Source: Nitrospirota bacterium (GTDB lineage Bacteria; Nitrospirota; UBA9217). From it: a stretch of 64,000 nt of DNA. Location of the stretch: the NCBI GenBank assembly GCA_963845065.1, contig CAWJQQ010000009.1, positions 448,001 to 512,000 on the forward strand. The letters are read 5' to 3'. Below, piece after piece: positions 50,621-60,931 of this stretch. The first letter of the stretch is position 1, and each line of letters begins with the position of its first letter. A model generated the notes under the pieces. The model was not told the DNA's origin. It saw only the letters and a program-made list of their open reading frames with translations, and did not search any database. A program made the position numbers and the translations under genes.

Positions 50621-51170
50621 TTGGGCAAGAGACCAGATGCAGTCGCGGAAATCATCGATAACTTGCGTCGGGTATTTCAGGTAGTCAATGAGCAGTCGAA
50701 GAAGGCCGAGCATGAGACTGGTCTCACCGGCCCTCAGCTCTGGGCAATAAAAACCATAGCCCAGGAAACGCCAATCATGGTTTCGGAGATCGCCAGGCGC
50801 ATTTATCTTCACCCGGCTTACCGTGGTCGGCATTCTTGACCGCCTCGAAAAGCAGGGGCTGGTCATAAGAATACGCTCTACTGAGGACCGCCGCGTGGTC
50901 CGGGTAGAATTAACCGGAAAGGGTCGGGCATTGGTCAAGAAATCGCCGGAAGTAGCCCAGGGCCTCCTGGTCTCCGGCTTTGAACAGCTGAGCTCGAGCA
51001 AGCTGGAAAACATCGCGCAGGCGCTGGACCAAATTGCAGAGATCCTCGGGGCGCAAAATATCCCTCCACAGCTTATGTTATCCCCGGAGGTAAGTAAACC
51101 TGTTAAGACAACGGCTGGAATTGTGCGGAGGAAATCTTCCGTAAGACGATCGGCTGTAACAAGACGTTGA
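50621..51170 (+). pseudogene. MarR family regulator, +1 frameshift near 50819
   Basis: GLTGPQLWA...YLHPA|TVVGILDRLE..GLV.R..S..DRR. Removing one T from GGCTTACC restores the frame. Possibly a sequencing error. Confidence 0.85.
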
Positions 51171-52207
51171 TGGAAAGAGATAAAGAAAAAATGGTATCGA
51201 TCAAACGACCTCTCCTGTTGACCCTGCTTGCCGCCTCCTTTGCGCTTGGTGTATTCGTGGGTGCTGGGATGGGCGTGTTCAGCTTTTCTACAGTAAGTAG
51301 AAGTGACGCCGTCCCTGAACAGACGGAAGACACGTTCAGGTTTATCCGTGCCTCCGTAGAATTGAATAACACCGGAAAAATTCACACGACCAAGGAACTA
51401 AAGCCTTTCAAGTACAAAGTGAATGCATTGATCGAAAATACGCTGAAAAGCGGCGATGCTGTTGCCGTCTCTGTCTATTTCCGTGACCTGAATAATGGGA
51501 ACTGGTTCGGCATCAGGGAGCATGACAAGTTCTCGCCAAAGAGCCTGTTAAAGGTGCCGCTCATGATCGCTTATTTCAAATGGGCGGAATCGAATCCGCT
51601 GGTCCTGCGGAAAACCCTCACGATCCCCGGCAACGGACAAGAGACAGGGCAAAGACAGAGCGATCAAGGAGAGAAACTTGAACCTGGAAAAGCCTATACA
51701 GTCAATGACCTTATCTTCAGGATGATCGCCCACGACGATGCCGATGCATACGCTCTTTTGTATGCGAATCTCCCACCAAGCCGCCTTGAAAAAATATTCA
51801 ATGACCTTTACGTTGAATACGACCCTAACAAACAGGAAGACTCCTTGTCGTTGAACGCGTTCGCGTCCTTCTTCCGCGTCCTCTACAACGCCTCCTTTCT
51901 TACAGAGGATATGTCGGAAAAGGCCCTTCGGTATCTTTCGAAATCATCATTCAGGAGAGGAATGGTCGCTGGCATCCCGCCGAACATCGATATTGCAAGC
52001 AAGCATGGAGAAAGAAGAGTATCGGATGTCACTGCAGGCGGTGACGGAAAAGAGCTATCCCAGCTCCACGAATTCGGAATAATCTATCATCCGAACCGTC
52101 CGTTTCTCCTCGGGGTTATGGTACGGGGCGAGGACTTTGACAAATTGACGAAAATTGTACGTGACATCACCCGTCTCGTTTATGAAGAAGTCGACAAGCA
52201 ATCTTAG
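51170..52207 (+). CDS. Class A beta-lactamase-like serine hydrolase, membrane anchored, atypical motifs
   Basis: N-terminal TM, SVYFRDLNNG, SLLK (SxxK), HDDA in place of SDN, KHG in place of KTG, HEFGIIY; TGATG coupling to marR. Confidence 0.85.
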   Translation: MERDKEKMVSIKRPLLLTLLAASFALGVFVGAGMGVFSFSTVSRSDAVPEQTEDTFRFIRASVELNNTGKIHTTKELKPFKYKVNALIENTLKSGDAVAVSVYFRDLNNGNWFGIREHDKFSPKSLLKVPLMIAYFKWAESNPLVLRKTLTIPGNGQETGQRQSDQGEKLEPGKAYTVNDLIFRMIAHDDADAYALLYANLPPSRLEKIFNDLYVEYDPNKQEDSLSLNAFASFFRVLYNASFLTEDMSEKALRYLSKSSFRRGMVAGIPPNIDIASKHGERRVSDVTAGGDGKELSQLHEFGIIYHPNRPFLLGVMVRGEDFDKLTKIVRDITRLVYEEVDKQS

Positions 52208-52438
52208 CCCGTAGTAACGATCGAAGGCGATATCAAGGCAATCACTGTGCGATGCACGCCGAGTGGCTAATGGTTCGTCGCTTTCTCCTGCGACAATGTG
52301 CCGGAGAAGAAGAGACCGGGACCTGAACGCGTTCATTAATATTCTCCAGACCGGGCAAGGCCTCTCAGGCGCTAACGCCATTAGTCGGCGTTGCCTGAGA
52401 ATCTCCTGGATTTATCCATGGGGAGTGTCAAGGATGTT

Positions 52439-54562
52439 TTATGTGTAAAAAGTCCCATCCCTAGTTGTTAGAGCTATGAGAGATGGAGGCGGAGAAAACC
52501 GATCTCCGTATTTTTTTGCATATGCATCGAGTTTATCCACGATGTATTTAGAACCTAGTTTATCTGCATACCTGAGCAAACCACCGCGGAAGGGAGGAAA
52601 ACCGATGCCGAAGATGAGCGTTGCGTCGAGCAAGTCCGGCCTGTCGATGATTTTTTCCTCAAGACAGAGCGCCGCTTCTTTTATCATGAGCAACACAGTT
52701 CGCTCGACGATCTCCTCCGTGCCAATATTCTCTCTGTTTACTGCTCCTGCTCGTATCATATTGTAAAGAGAGGCATTAGGTCTTGTACGCTTTTTCCCCA
52801 CGTATTGGTAAAAACCCTTGCCGTTTTTCTTTCCGAAATATCCTTGTTCACAGAGTACAGCGAGCAGGGGAGAAGGTTTTACTCGCTCCCCCAACCCTTG
52901 GTAGAGGATGTCCGCGACCTTGTGGGCAACGTCGATCCCGATCTCGTCGAGCAGGATAAAGGCACCCATAGGCATGCCGAATTGAAGAAGTGCATGGTCG
53001 ATTTTCTCGATTGTGCTGCTGCCATTCCGCAGCATCACACCGGCTTCATTCAAATAGGGCATCAGAATGCGATTTACGAGGAAACCTGGACCATCATTCA
53101 CAATGACCGGAAGTTTGCCGAGTCTTCTCGACAGCGTGGCGACTGCCGAGACTGTCTCTTCCGACGTTTTCTTGCCGCGGATGATCTCCACTAGCGGCAT
53201 CTTTTCTACAGGATTAAAAAAATGCATGCCTATCACCTGGTCTGGATGTTTCGATGCCGTCGCAAGTTCAGTGATAGAAAGTGAGGACGTGTTCGAGGCA
53301 AAAATGGCAGGTCTGTTTATGGTCCGTTCGAAATCGCGGAGAACCGTTTTTTTGACGTCCATATTTTCTACGACCGCTTCTATAGCAATACTTGCTCTGC
53401 TGTATCCCGTGTAATCCACCGTGCCGGTTATCCGGTCGAAGCCATCGCGCGCCTGGATCGCGGTCAGTATCCGCCTTTTTTGCCTCTTGCGGAAAATGTC
53501 CCAAGCCTCCTTGAGCCCCGCTGCGATTGCTTTGGTATTGATATCTTTTACTCGGGCCCGGATGCCCTTTTCGGCAAGGAGCTGAGCGATACCGCCGCCC
53601 ATGACTCCGGCACCGAACACGCCGGCATAGATAAACTTAGTCGGAGATGGATGGGTGTCTTTTTTGAGCATCTCATTCAAATAAAAAATAGAAATAAGAT
53701 TCTTCGAGACCTCGGTCGGCGTGAGCCGGGCGAGGTGCCGTGCCTCCTGCAAGTATCCCGCGTCTCTGTTATGAGAAAGGCCAAACCGGACCGAGTCAAG
53801 CGCAGCACGAGGTGCGGGGTAATTTCCGTGAGTTTCTTTGAGCACTTTCTTTTTCGCTCTAGCATAGATGACCGATCTTGTGAGCGGACTGCATTCGATG
53901 AGTTTGATCACCATTGATCTCTTTGCCCGGACGTTTGTGGGCCGCGGTTTTCCAATAGCATTTTTAGCCATGACAAAGGCCCTGCTCAGTAAAATTTCCT
54001 TAAAAGTGACTTCGTCGGCCAGGCCGATCTGCCGTGCCTTTCTGGAGTAAATGGATTTTCCGGTCAGAATCATGTCGAGGGCATTCGTGAGACCAATCAG
54101 GCGCGGCAGCCGCTGGGTGCCGCCAAAGCCGGGAATGATGCCAAGTTTCACTTCGGGAAGAGCGAGTGCTGTTTTTTGATCGTTGCTTATGACGCGGTAG
54201 GCGCAGGCGAGGGCAAGCTCCAAGCCACCACCCATACATGGTCCATGGATAGCGGCCACTGTGGGAAAAGGCAGTGCCTCGAGTTTGTTCATGACTATCT
54301 GGCCTCTTCGTGCAAGCCGTTCGCCTGTCTCAGTGTCCGAGATTTTCCGTAGTTCGGCTATATCGGCGCCCACGATGAAGCTTCCATCTTTTCCGCTGTT
54401 GAATACCAACGCTTTGATCTCGCTCCTTGGCGCGAGTTCATCAAGTACTTTATCAAGTTCCTCTAGAACTGACGTTGTCAGTTTGTTGATTTTTTCACCG
54501 CGGAGGTCGAAGGTGAGGACGGCTATACCGTCCTTGTTTATTTCATAGTTGAAGGATGACAT
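52439..54562 (-). CDS. fadJ: Fatty acid oxidation complex alpha subunit (enoyl-CoA hydratase / 3-hydroxyacyl-CoA dehydrogenase)
   Basis: FIVGADI, GGGLELAL, PEVKLG, GAGVMGGGIA, SNTSSL, GMHFFNP, GFPPFRGG. Confidence 0.9.
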   Translation of the reverse strand: MSSFNYEINKDGIAVLTFDLRGEKINKLTTSVLEELDKVLDELAPRSEIKALVFNSGKDGSFIVGADIAELRKISDTETGERLARRGQIVMNKLEALPFPTVAAIHGPCMGGGLELALACAYRVISNDQKTALALPEVKLGIIPGFGGTQRLPRLIGLTNALDMILTGKSIYSRKARQIGLADEVTFKEILLSRAFVMAKNAIGKPRPTNVRAKRSMVIKLIECSPLTRSVIYARAKKKVLKETHGNYPAPRAALDSVRFGLSHNRDAGYLQEARHLARLTPTEVSKNLISIFYLNEMLKKDTHPSPTKFIYAGVFGAGVMGGGIAQLLAEKGIRARVKDINTKAIAAGLKEAWDIFRKRQKRRILTAIQARDGFDRITGTVDYTGYSRASIAIEAVVENMDVKKTVLRDFERTINRPAIFASNTSSLSITELATASKHPDQVIGMHFFNPVEKMPLVEIIRGKKTSEETVSAVATLSRRLGKLPVIVNDGPGFLVNRILMPYLNEAGVMLRNGSSTIEKIDHALLQFGMPMGAFILLDEIGIDVAHKVADILYQGLGERVKPSPLLAVLCEQGYFGKKNGKGFYQYVGKKRTRPNASLYNMIRAGAVNRENIGTEEIVERTVLLMIKEAALCLEEKIIDRPDLLDATLIFGIGFPPFRGGLLRYADKLGSKYIVDKLDAYAKKYGDRFSPPPSLIALTTRDGTFYT

Positions 54563-54704
54563 ATGATTATCCTCGTCGAGAATTTAGGGAAAAAGCATCG
54601 TTCTACAGTTGCCATAGAGAGCACAGAGGAAATATAATATTGATAAACCCATCAGATTGTTGCTTCGTCAAGAACCCCGTGTCTTCCAGGCAGAATTTGA
54701 GTGT

Positions 54705-55988
54705 TTATTTTCTTTCAACGATCATAGCGGCGCCTTGCCCCCCACCTATGCAGAGCGTGGCGAGACCGACCGATAGACTGCGACGTTCCATTTCTTTCAG
54801 GAGCGTGATCACGATTCTGAGGCCTGAGGAACCGACGGGGTGTCCTACCGCGATTGCACCGCCGTTTACATTCAGGATATCACGCCGGAACTCGCCGAAG
54901 GGTTCTTCGCCGGGAAGATATTTATGAAAGAATTCCTTTGAGACTGCCGCCCTTTCGCAGGCATAAACCTGCGCGGCAAAGGCCTCGTTTAATTCGACCA
55001 GCTCGACGTCCTTCATTTTCATTTTTGCGATTTTGAGCACCTTGTTCGTGGCGAACACCGGGCCCAGCCCCATGCGCGAGGGATCAAGTCCTGAGAAGGC
55101 TACTGCTTTGATATAGCCAAGCGGCGTGTATCCGAAGTTTTGTGCCTTGTCGGAGCCCATGATAAGCGCGGCTGCCGCACCATCGGTGATCGGAGACGAA
55201 TTCCCGGCAGTAACGGTTCCGTAGCGCCTGTCGAAATAGGGTGGTAATTTCTGGAGGGCTTCCATGGTCTGGTTCTTACGCGGACCGATGTCTTCTTCAA
55301 TGGCTTCGAATTTCGGCGGTATGTAGAATGGGACAATCTCATTCTTGAATTTGCCTGCTTCGTTCGCGGCCGTCCATCGCTGGTGACTGGTGAGCGCGAA
55401 CTCATCCTGCTCACGGCGTGTGATACCGAAGTCCCGCACCAACACTTCGGCAGTCTCGCCCATGATGAGGCCGGAAATCGGATCGGTGAGGCCGTCGATC
55501 AAACCGACTATGGGGACAAAGTCTTTCGGTCGAAGCGAGAGGATGGCCTCTGCTTTCGATCCAAGTGTTTTTGCTCGCTGGACCGTTGTAATGGTATCGC
55601 GAAGTTTTTTCTTTACATAGTAGGCATAGTTGGACATGGATTCCACGCCTGCGACGAGCACGATTTCGCTCATGCCTGCGAGGATCTGGCCAAAGGCGCT
55701 AGCAGCAGCCTGCATGCCCGAGGCACAGTTACGTTGTACGCTGTAGGCAGGGACGCGCTGTGGAATGCCCGCCCGGAGAGCGATCACGCGCGCAATGTTC
55801 GCCGCGTCGGAAGGCATGCCAGCGTTGCCGATGATTACCTCGTCGATGAGCTCCGTGTCGATACCGGTGCGAATGATGACTTCTTTGACGATCGCCACGC
55901 CGAGGTCGACGGCGGGGATATCCCTGAATACCGAGCCGGCTTTTGCGTAGGGAGTGCGGAAACCTTCTATGATGGCGACGTCTTTCAT
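54705..55988 (-). CDS. fadI: Acetyl-CoA C-acyltransferase (thiolase)
   Basis: RNCASG, GVESMS, NEAFA, GGAIAVGHPVG, LCIGGGQG. Confidence 0.88.
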   Translation of the reverse strand: MKDVAIIEGFRTPYAKAGSVFRDIPAVDLGVAIVKEVIIRTGIDTELIDEVIIGNAGMPSDAANIARVIALRAGIPQRVPAYSVQRNCASGMQAAASAFGQILAGMSEIVLVAGVESMSNYAYYVKKKLRDTITTVQRAKTLGSKAEAILSLRPKDFVPIVGLIDGLTDPISGLIMGETAEVLVRDFGITRREQDEFALTSHQRWTAANEAGKFKNEIVPFYIPPKFEAIEEDIGPRKNQTMEALQKLPPYFDRRYGTVTAGNSSPITDGAAAALIMGSDKAQNFGYTPLGYIKAVAFSGLDPSRMGLGPVFATNKVLKIAKMKMKDVELVELNEAFAAQVYACERAAVSKEFFHKYLPGEEPFGEFRRDILNVNGGAIAVGHPVGSSGLRIVITLLKEMERRSLSVGLATLCIGGGQGAAMIVERK

Positions 55989-56112
55989 GTAATTACCTCA
56001 TAAGGCATTTTTCTGCAGCCGATATTGGGGAAAAAACAAAAAAACAATTGTAAATTCAAAATGAAGGTTCTAAAACATTAGTTGCACCTGTGGTGGTGCA
56101 TGAGCAAGAGAC

Positions 56113-57828
56113 CTAGGGTTTTGCAGATTGTGCTTTCAGCCTGCTCAGTTCATCATTACGCAAAACACGGCGGAGCACTTTGCCGACCAAGGTCTTCGGA
56201 AGTTGTGCTCGGAATTCAATTTCCTTCGGTACTTTGAATTTCGAGAGCTTTTCGCGGCAGTACTGGATGATTTCATCCTCAGCAGCAACCTGGCCATCTT
56301 TCAAAACGATGTACGCCTTGATTTTTTCACCCAGAAATTTTTCGGGGAGGCCTACGACCACTGCTTCTTTCACCTTAGGATGCTTGTATAACACTTCTTC
56401 GACCTCGCGGGGGTAGACGTTTTCGCCTACAGTTTTGATCATGTCCTTGATGCGGTCAACAATATAAAAAAATCCGTCTTCGTCCATTTTTGCGATATCG
56501 CCCGTATAGAGCCAGCCGTTACGAAGCGTATGGGCTGTTTCCTCCGGCTTGTTCCAGTAGCATTTCATGACCTGCGGTCCCCTGATTATGAGTTCTCCCG
56601 TTTCGCCGACGGGCAGCACCTGCTCTCCTGTTTCGAGGTCCACGATGCGAGCTTCCGTGTCCGGCCACGGTAGACCGATGCTCCCGATCTTGCGATTGCC
56701 GAAAATGGGGTTAGCGTGGGTCACCGGCGACGCTTCTGACAGGCCATACCCTTCCACGATTCGCGCCTTAGTCAGTCGCTCGAATTGTTCCTGCACCTCG
56801 CGCATGAGAGGGCCCGCGCCGCTTATTGCGGCACGGAGCGAGGTGAGATCATATTTTTTGATGCCGGGATAATTTCCGATTGCCAGGTACATGGCTTGGA
56901 TGCCGGGGAACGTCGTAGGGTGATACTTGTTGATGATAGTGATTACCTCTTTCGTGTGAAATTTGGGGACCAGGATCATCTCGGCGCCGATCAGCACGCC
57001 GAAGTTCATGGCCGTGGTCATACCGTAGACATGGAAGAAGGGAATAGCTGCAAGAACGATCTCCTTGCCTTCCTGCACATTTGATAACCATGCCTTTGTC
57101 TGAGTTGTATTCACCACCAGATTCCGGTGCGTCAGGACCGCACCTTTAGGAACGCCAGTTGTTCCCCCCGTGTATTGCAGCAACGCAGTGTCAGTAGAAG
57201 CCACATCAACGCTTGTCGGCATTGACGGTGCATGCCTGATCAAATTTTGGAAATCATAAATAGGCGGTATGCTCTTGACACTGACCCATTGTTTTTCAAT
57301 CCGCGCCTTAATCGGGTATAGAAAATTCAATGGAAAGGGGAGAAAGTCTTTCACTCCGCAGAGAACCACACGCTTCACCTTTGTGCGCGTCAGGACACGG
57401 GAAATGACTGGATAGAACATGTCGACCGCAACAATTGTCTCGGTCCCGCTATCATTGAGCTGGACCTCGAGTTCGTGCTCCTGATATAGTGGGTTCGTCG
57501 GAACTGCCACAGCGCCGGTTCTCAGCGTGCCGTAATAGGTGATCACCATCTGCGGGATGTTGGGGAGCATGAGCGCTACGCGGTCCCCCTTCCGGACTCC
57601 TAGATCAATGAGTGCGTGAGCAAACTGGTTTACAAGAGCATCAAGTTCTGCGTAGGTGACTTTCTTTCCGTAAAACAAGATTGCAGTATGGTTTGGATAT
57701 TTTAATACGGTTTGGGAAAGGACATTTCCGAGCGTAATTTCTGGATAGCTAAGAGTTGGTGCAACCCCGGCCTCATAAAACTTGAGCCATGGACGTTCGT
57801 TATATTTATTTATTGTGACGGCAGCCAT
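56113..57828 (-). CDS. fadD: Long-chain fatty acid--CoA ligase
   Basis: QYTGGTTGVPKG, EGYGLSE, GWLYTGD, VDRIKDMI, LPKTLVGK. Confidence 0.93.
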   Translation of the reverse strand: MAAVTINKYNERPWLKFYEAGVAPTLSYPEITLGNVLSQTVLKYPNHTAILFYGKKVTYAELDALVNQFAHALIDLGVRKGDRVALMLPNIPQMVITYYGTLRTGAVAVPTNPLYQEHELEVQLNDSGTETIVAVDMFYPVISRVLTRTKVKRVVLCGVKDFLPFPLNFLYPIKARIEKQWVSVKSIPPIYDFQNLIRHAPSMPTSVDVASTDTALLQYTGGTTGVPKGAVLTHRNLVVNTTQTKAWLSNVQEGKEIVLAAIPFFHVYGMTTAMNFGVLIGAEMILVPKFHTKEVITIINKYHPTTFPGIQAMYLAIGNYPGIKKYDLTSLRAAISGAGPLMREVQEQFERLTKARIVEGYGLSEASPVTHANPIFGNRKIGSIGLPWPDTEARIVDLETGEQVLPVGETGELIIRGPQVMKCYWNKPEETAHTLRNGWLYTGDIAKMDEDGFFYIVDRIKDMIKTVGENVYPREVEEVLYKHPKVKEAVVVGLPEKFLGEKIKAYIVLKDGQVAAEDEIIQYCREKLSKFKVPKEIEFRAQLPKTLVGKVLRRVLRNDELSRLKAQSAKP

Positions 57829-58060
57829 AGATGAAACCTCCCTTTTCACTTCAATGGCACCTCCGTTTCTGTTCCTTTGTAGTAGTGTATTTCAGACCGA
57901 AATCATCTTTCATGATTTCTAGTACTATTATACCACAGAGGAGAAGGCATATATTATTCTACGAAAGAAAGCCGACAAGGCCATCGGTGATGCTTATCCA
58001 CCTTTGCGAGAGTCAGTCCATGAGGCATGAATAGAGGAAGGCACGTGGCCTCTTCGGTTA

Positions 58061-59308
58061 TCAGTGCTGTCGTGCTTTCGAGTGAAAGCGTCGATTTCTG
58101 AAAGAAGGGTTTTGCTGCTGGATTGCGGCAGAAAGCTGTTTTTCTTCTGCAGTTCGCCTGATTTCCTTGATATACATCGTGTCTTCTGCCCATTCCACCG
58201 GGATCTTCTTGCCAATGAATTTTTCGATATCTTCGAGGGAAAAGACGTACTCTTCATCAGCAAGACTGAGAGCCTTGCCGGTTGCTCCGGCACGGCCGGT
58301 GCGGCCGATCCTGTGTACGTAGTCTTCAGCGTCCTGAGGCAGGTCATAGTTGATGACGTGCGTAACACCTTCCACGTGGATACCTCGGCTCGCAACGTCT
58401 GTTGCCACGAGCACGGGCAGTTTGCCATCCTTGAATTCCGCAAGGAGCCGGAGTCGTCTCTTTTGAATGATGTCTCCGGTGATTGCATCGGCTTTCCAGC
58501 CGTTTCGCTTCAGGCGTTCGACAACCATATCGGCAGCGCGCCGTGTGTTGACGAAAATGAGCGTACGGACGGGCTGTTCTTTCTTGAGGATGCCGAGCAG
58601 GAGTGGAAGTTTCTCGTGTTTGCCGACATGATACAGGACCTGCTCGACCTGTTCAACAGTGATTTTTTCAGGTGTAATCGATATTTTTTCCGGAAGGTTC
58701 ATATACTCGTAGGCGAGTTCCATAACGCGGTAGGAGAGCGTTGCCGAGAAGAGCATGGACTGGCGTTTAGTGAAAGGAGGCATTTTTTTAATGAGATAAC
58801 GCAGGTCGTCGATGAACCCCATGTCGAACATGCGGTCCGCTTCATCAATGATCAGGTACCGGCTTTTCTTCAGACTGTATACATGCTGTTTAAGATAGTC
58901 GATGAGCCTCCCCGGTGTGCCGACGAGTACGTCGACACCCTTTTGCAGGATGTCCATTTGTTTCTGATAGTCAACGCCGCCATACACGGCAAGACAACGA
59001 AAGCCCGTGAATTTTCCGAGCCTCTCGGCCTCATGAAATATCTGATCCGCAAGTTCGCGAGTCGGCGCTATGATGAGGGCCTGGGGAGAGTTCCCCAAAT
59101 CGGTTGCTGGATTTTTTACCATCCGCGTGAAGAGTGATATAAGAAAGGCCGCGGTTTTGCCCGTTCCGGTTTGTGCCTGTGCGGCCACATCTTCACCCCG
59201 GACCACCCGGGGGATCACTGCTTCTTGCACCGGTGTACATGTTATGAAACTAGAGTACTCGATACCTTGCATTATTTCAAATGGCAAATCCAAATCACTG
59301 AAATTCAT
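58061..59308 (-). CDS. DEAD-box RNA helicase (RhlB-like)
   Basis: Q motif CTPVQ, AQTGTGKT, PTREL, TPGRL, DEAD, SAT, HRIGRTGR. Confidence 0.93.
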   Translation of the reverse strand: MNFSDLDLPFEIMQGIEYSSFITCTPVQEAVIPRVVRGEDVAAQAQTGTGKTAAFLISLFTRMVKNPATDLGNSPQALIIAPTRELADQIFHEAERLGKFTGFRCLAVYGGVDYQKQMDILQKGVDVLVGTPGRLIDYLKQHVYSLKKSRYLIIDEADRMFDMGFIDDLRYLIKKMPPFTKRQSMLFSATLSYRVMELAYEYMNLPEKISITPEKITVEQVEQVLYHVGKHEKLPLLLGILKKEQPVRTLIFVNTRRAADMVVERLKRNGWKADAITGDIIQKRRLRLLAEFKDGKLPVLVATDVASRGIHVEGVTHVINYDLPQDAEDYVHRIGRTGRAGATGKALSLADEEYVFSLEDIEKFIGKKIPVEWAEDTMYIKEIRRTAEEKQLSAAIQQQNPSFRNRRFHSKARQH

Positions 59309-59789
59309 ACATCTCCGTTTCTAAAGGAAGACAAATTGTCAACGAACTATTCACAGTAGTATACCATAAGTGATGAAGTGAGCGAAAGTAAAATAATGAC
59401 AATGCGTCGAAAGATCATCAGTGCTATTCGCCAGGTTTGACTTTTTAAACCCAATATTATCTCAAGATGAACAGCACCGTAAAGAGAGGATAGAATTAAT
59501 CCTCAATTTGCGTGAATGATGCTTCCGATTGTCAGTGCTTAGACACACGATGAATCACCTGCTGTTTATGCGGTCAAAATGATCTCATCGCGGAGATAGG
59601 GAAGGGATGCGAAGCTGTATCTCGGTTTTTTCTAAAGCTGAAGGCTCCATGAACAGCTGGAGCTACTAACCAAAATAAGTGGTTATTTATGACGCAAAAA
59701 ATAATTTTTTGTCATAGTTTTACAAGTTGTGAATTAAGGTGTTGATAAATTGTCTAACCTACGGAAAGATAATTTTAATTATTTTCTTG

Positions 59790-59823
59790 TTGACAAATAA
59801 TACACTATTGTTGTATATTTTGT
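59790..59823 (+). promoter_or_regulatory. Promoter with overlapping imperfect palindrome upstream of the wHTH-MNT gene
   Basis: TTGACA (59790), 18 nt spacer, TATATT (59814); GACAAATAATAC...GTATATTTTGTC inverted repeat. Confidence 0.5.
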
Positions 59824-59841
59824 CTACGAGGTGATATAAAC

Positions 59842-60408
59842 GTGCTGACAAAACTCTTCTCTTCAACAAGAGCGGAGCTTTTGGGCCTGTTCTTTAATAA
59901 TCCTGATGATCGTTTCTATTTGAGAGAGATAGCACGCCACATCGGCAAAGATGCGGCAGGGATCAAACGGGAACTGGACAACCTGGTCAAGATGGGGCTT
60001 CTGGCAAAAGAGAAGCGGGGCGTTCAGAAATACTATTTTGCGAATAAGAACTCGCCCATCTTCTCTGAAATGAAGGGGTTGATCTTCAAAACCACTGGCG
60101 TTCAGGGCGCAATGAAAGCATCGCTCTCGCGGTTAAAAGGAGTCAAGACTGCATTTATTTACGGCTCCTATGCCAAGGGTTCCGAAAAAGAAGATAGCAA
60201 CATAAATCTGATGGTAATCGGCCAGGCGAACATCACGGAGTTAAACGACACGGTAATGGTTTTGGAAGAAAAATTGAAGCGCGATATCGATTATCTGGTG
60301 TTTGACGAGCAGGAATACTGGAAGCGAAAAGAATCGAAAGATCCGTTCATCAGGGAGATATTAAAGGGCAAAAAGATTTTCCTAGCAGGTAGGGAAGATG
60401 ACATATGA
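59842..60408 (+). CDS. wHTH + minimal nucleotidyltransferase (MNT) protein, catalytic DxD replaced by NxN
   Basis: LFSSTRAELL..FYLREIAR..IKRELDNL wHTH; IYGSYAKGSEKEDSNINLMVIG; GTG start with GAGGTG SD. Confidence 0.88.
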   Translation: MLTKLFSSTRAELLGLFFNNPDDRFYLREIARHIGKDAAGIKRELDNLVKMGLLAKEKRGVQKYYFANKNSPIFSEMKGLIFKTTGVQGAMKASLSRLKGVKTAFIYGSYAKGSEKEDSNINLMVIGQANITELNDTVMVLEEKLKRDIDYLVFDEQEYWKRKESKDPFIREILKGKKIFLAGREDDI

Positions 60409-60883
60409 ATCGCTAAAAGAAATGGGTATCGTTGAGGAACGGGCTGCTGAGATCTCGGAGATTATCGCTCTCGTGACCAGGGCAGAACGAGATCTGACAA
60501 CGAGTAAGATTCTGGCGGACAAAGACGAGGAGTGGGCATTTGCCGCAGCGTATTTAGCCATGGTCCGGTCGGCAAGAGCTCTAATCTTATCCGAAGGCTT
60601 CCGACCTAAAGGGGTTCGCGGCAGAGATGCCCAAAAAACAGTAGTGACCGCGGCAGGAGTTATTCTGGGTGATCACTATAAAAGTTTGATCAATAAGTTC
60701 GATCGCATGAGAAGAAAATATCAGAGTTTCATGGAAGAGGCCGGTCGTGTCATCTCCCAATATGAAGCAGGACAGTCCATTAAGGATGCTGCTGAATTCA
60801 CCGAGTTGGTAAATGGGAGAATCCGGGAAAAATACTCACAGATGTCACTGCTGAATGATGTTCCTCAGCTTGTTTCAAGATAA
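60398..60883 (+). CDS. HEPN domain protein, RNase motif degenerate
   Basis: RAERDL, WAFAAAY.AM...RAL...GFRP, FDRMRRK, then YQSFME where R-x4-H/Y is expected; overlaps the MNT gene by 11 nt. Confidence 0.8.
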   Translation: MTYESLKEMGIVEERAAEISEIIALVTRAERDLTTSKILADKDEEWAFAAAYLAMVRSARALILSEGFRPKGVRGRDAQKTVVTAAGVILGDHYKSLINKFDRMRRKYQSFMEEAGRVISQYEAGQSIKDAAEFTELVNGRIREKYSQMSLLNDVPQLVSR

Positions 60884-60931
60884 GGCCGCACAAGGTCAAT
60901 GCGCGGTATGCCGAAAGGGGGTGGAAAACTA

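Noticed and set aside
50513..51385. 290 aa minus-strand ORF
   Set aside because: Antisense to marR and the serine hydrolase; no motifs.
58064..59137. 357 aa plus-strand ORF
   Set aside because: Antisense shadow of the DEAD-box helicase.
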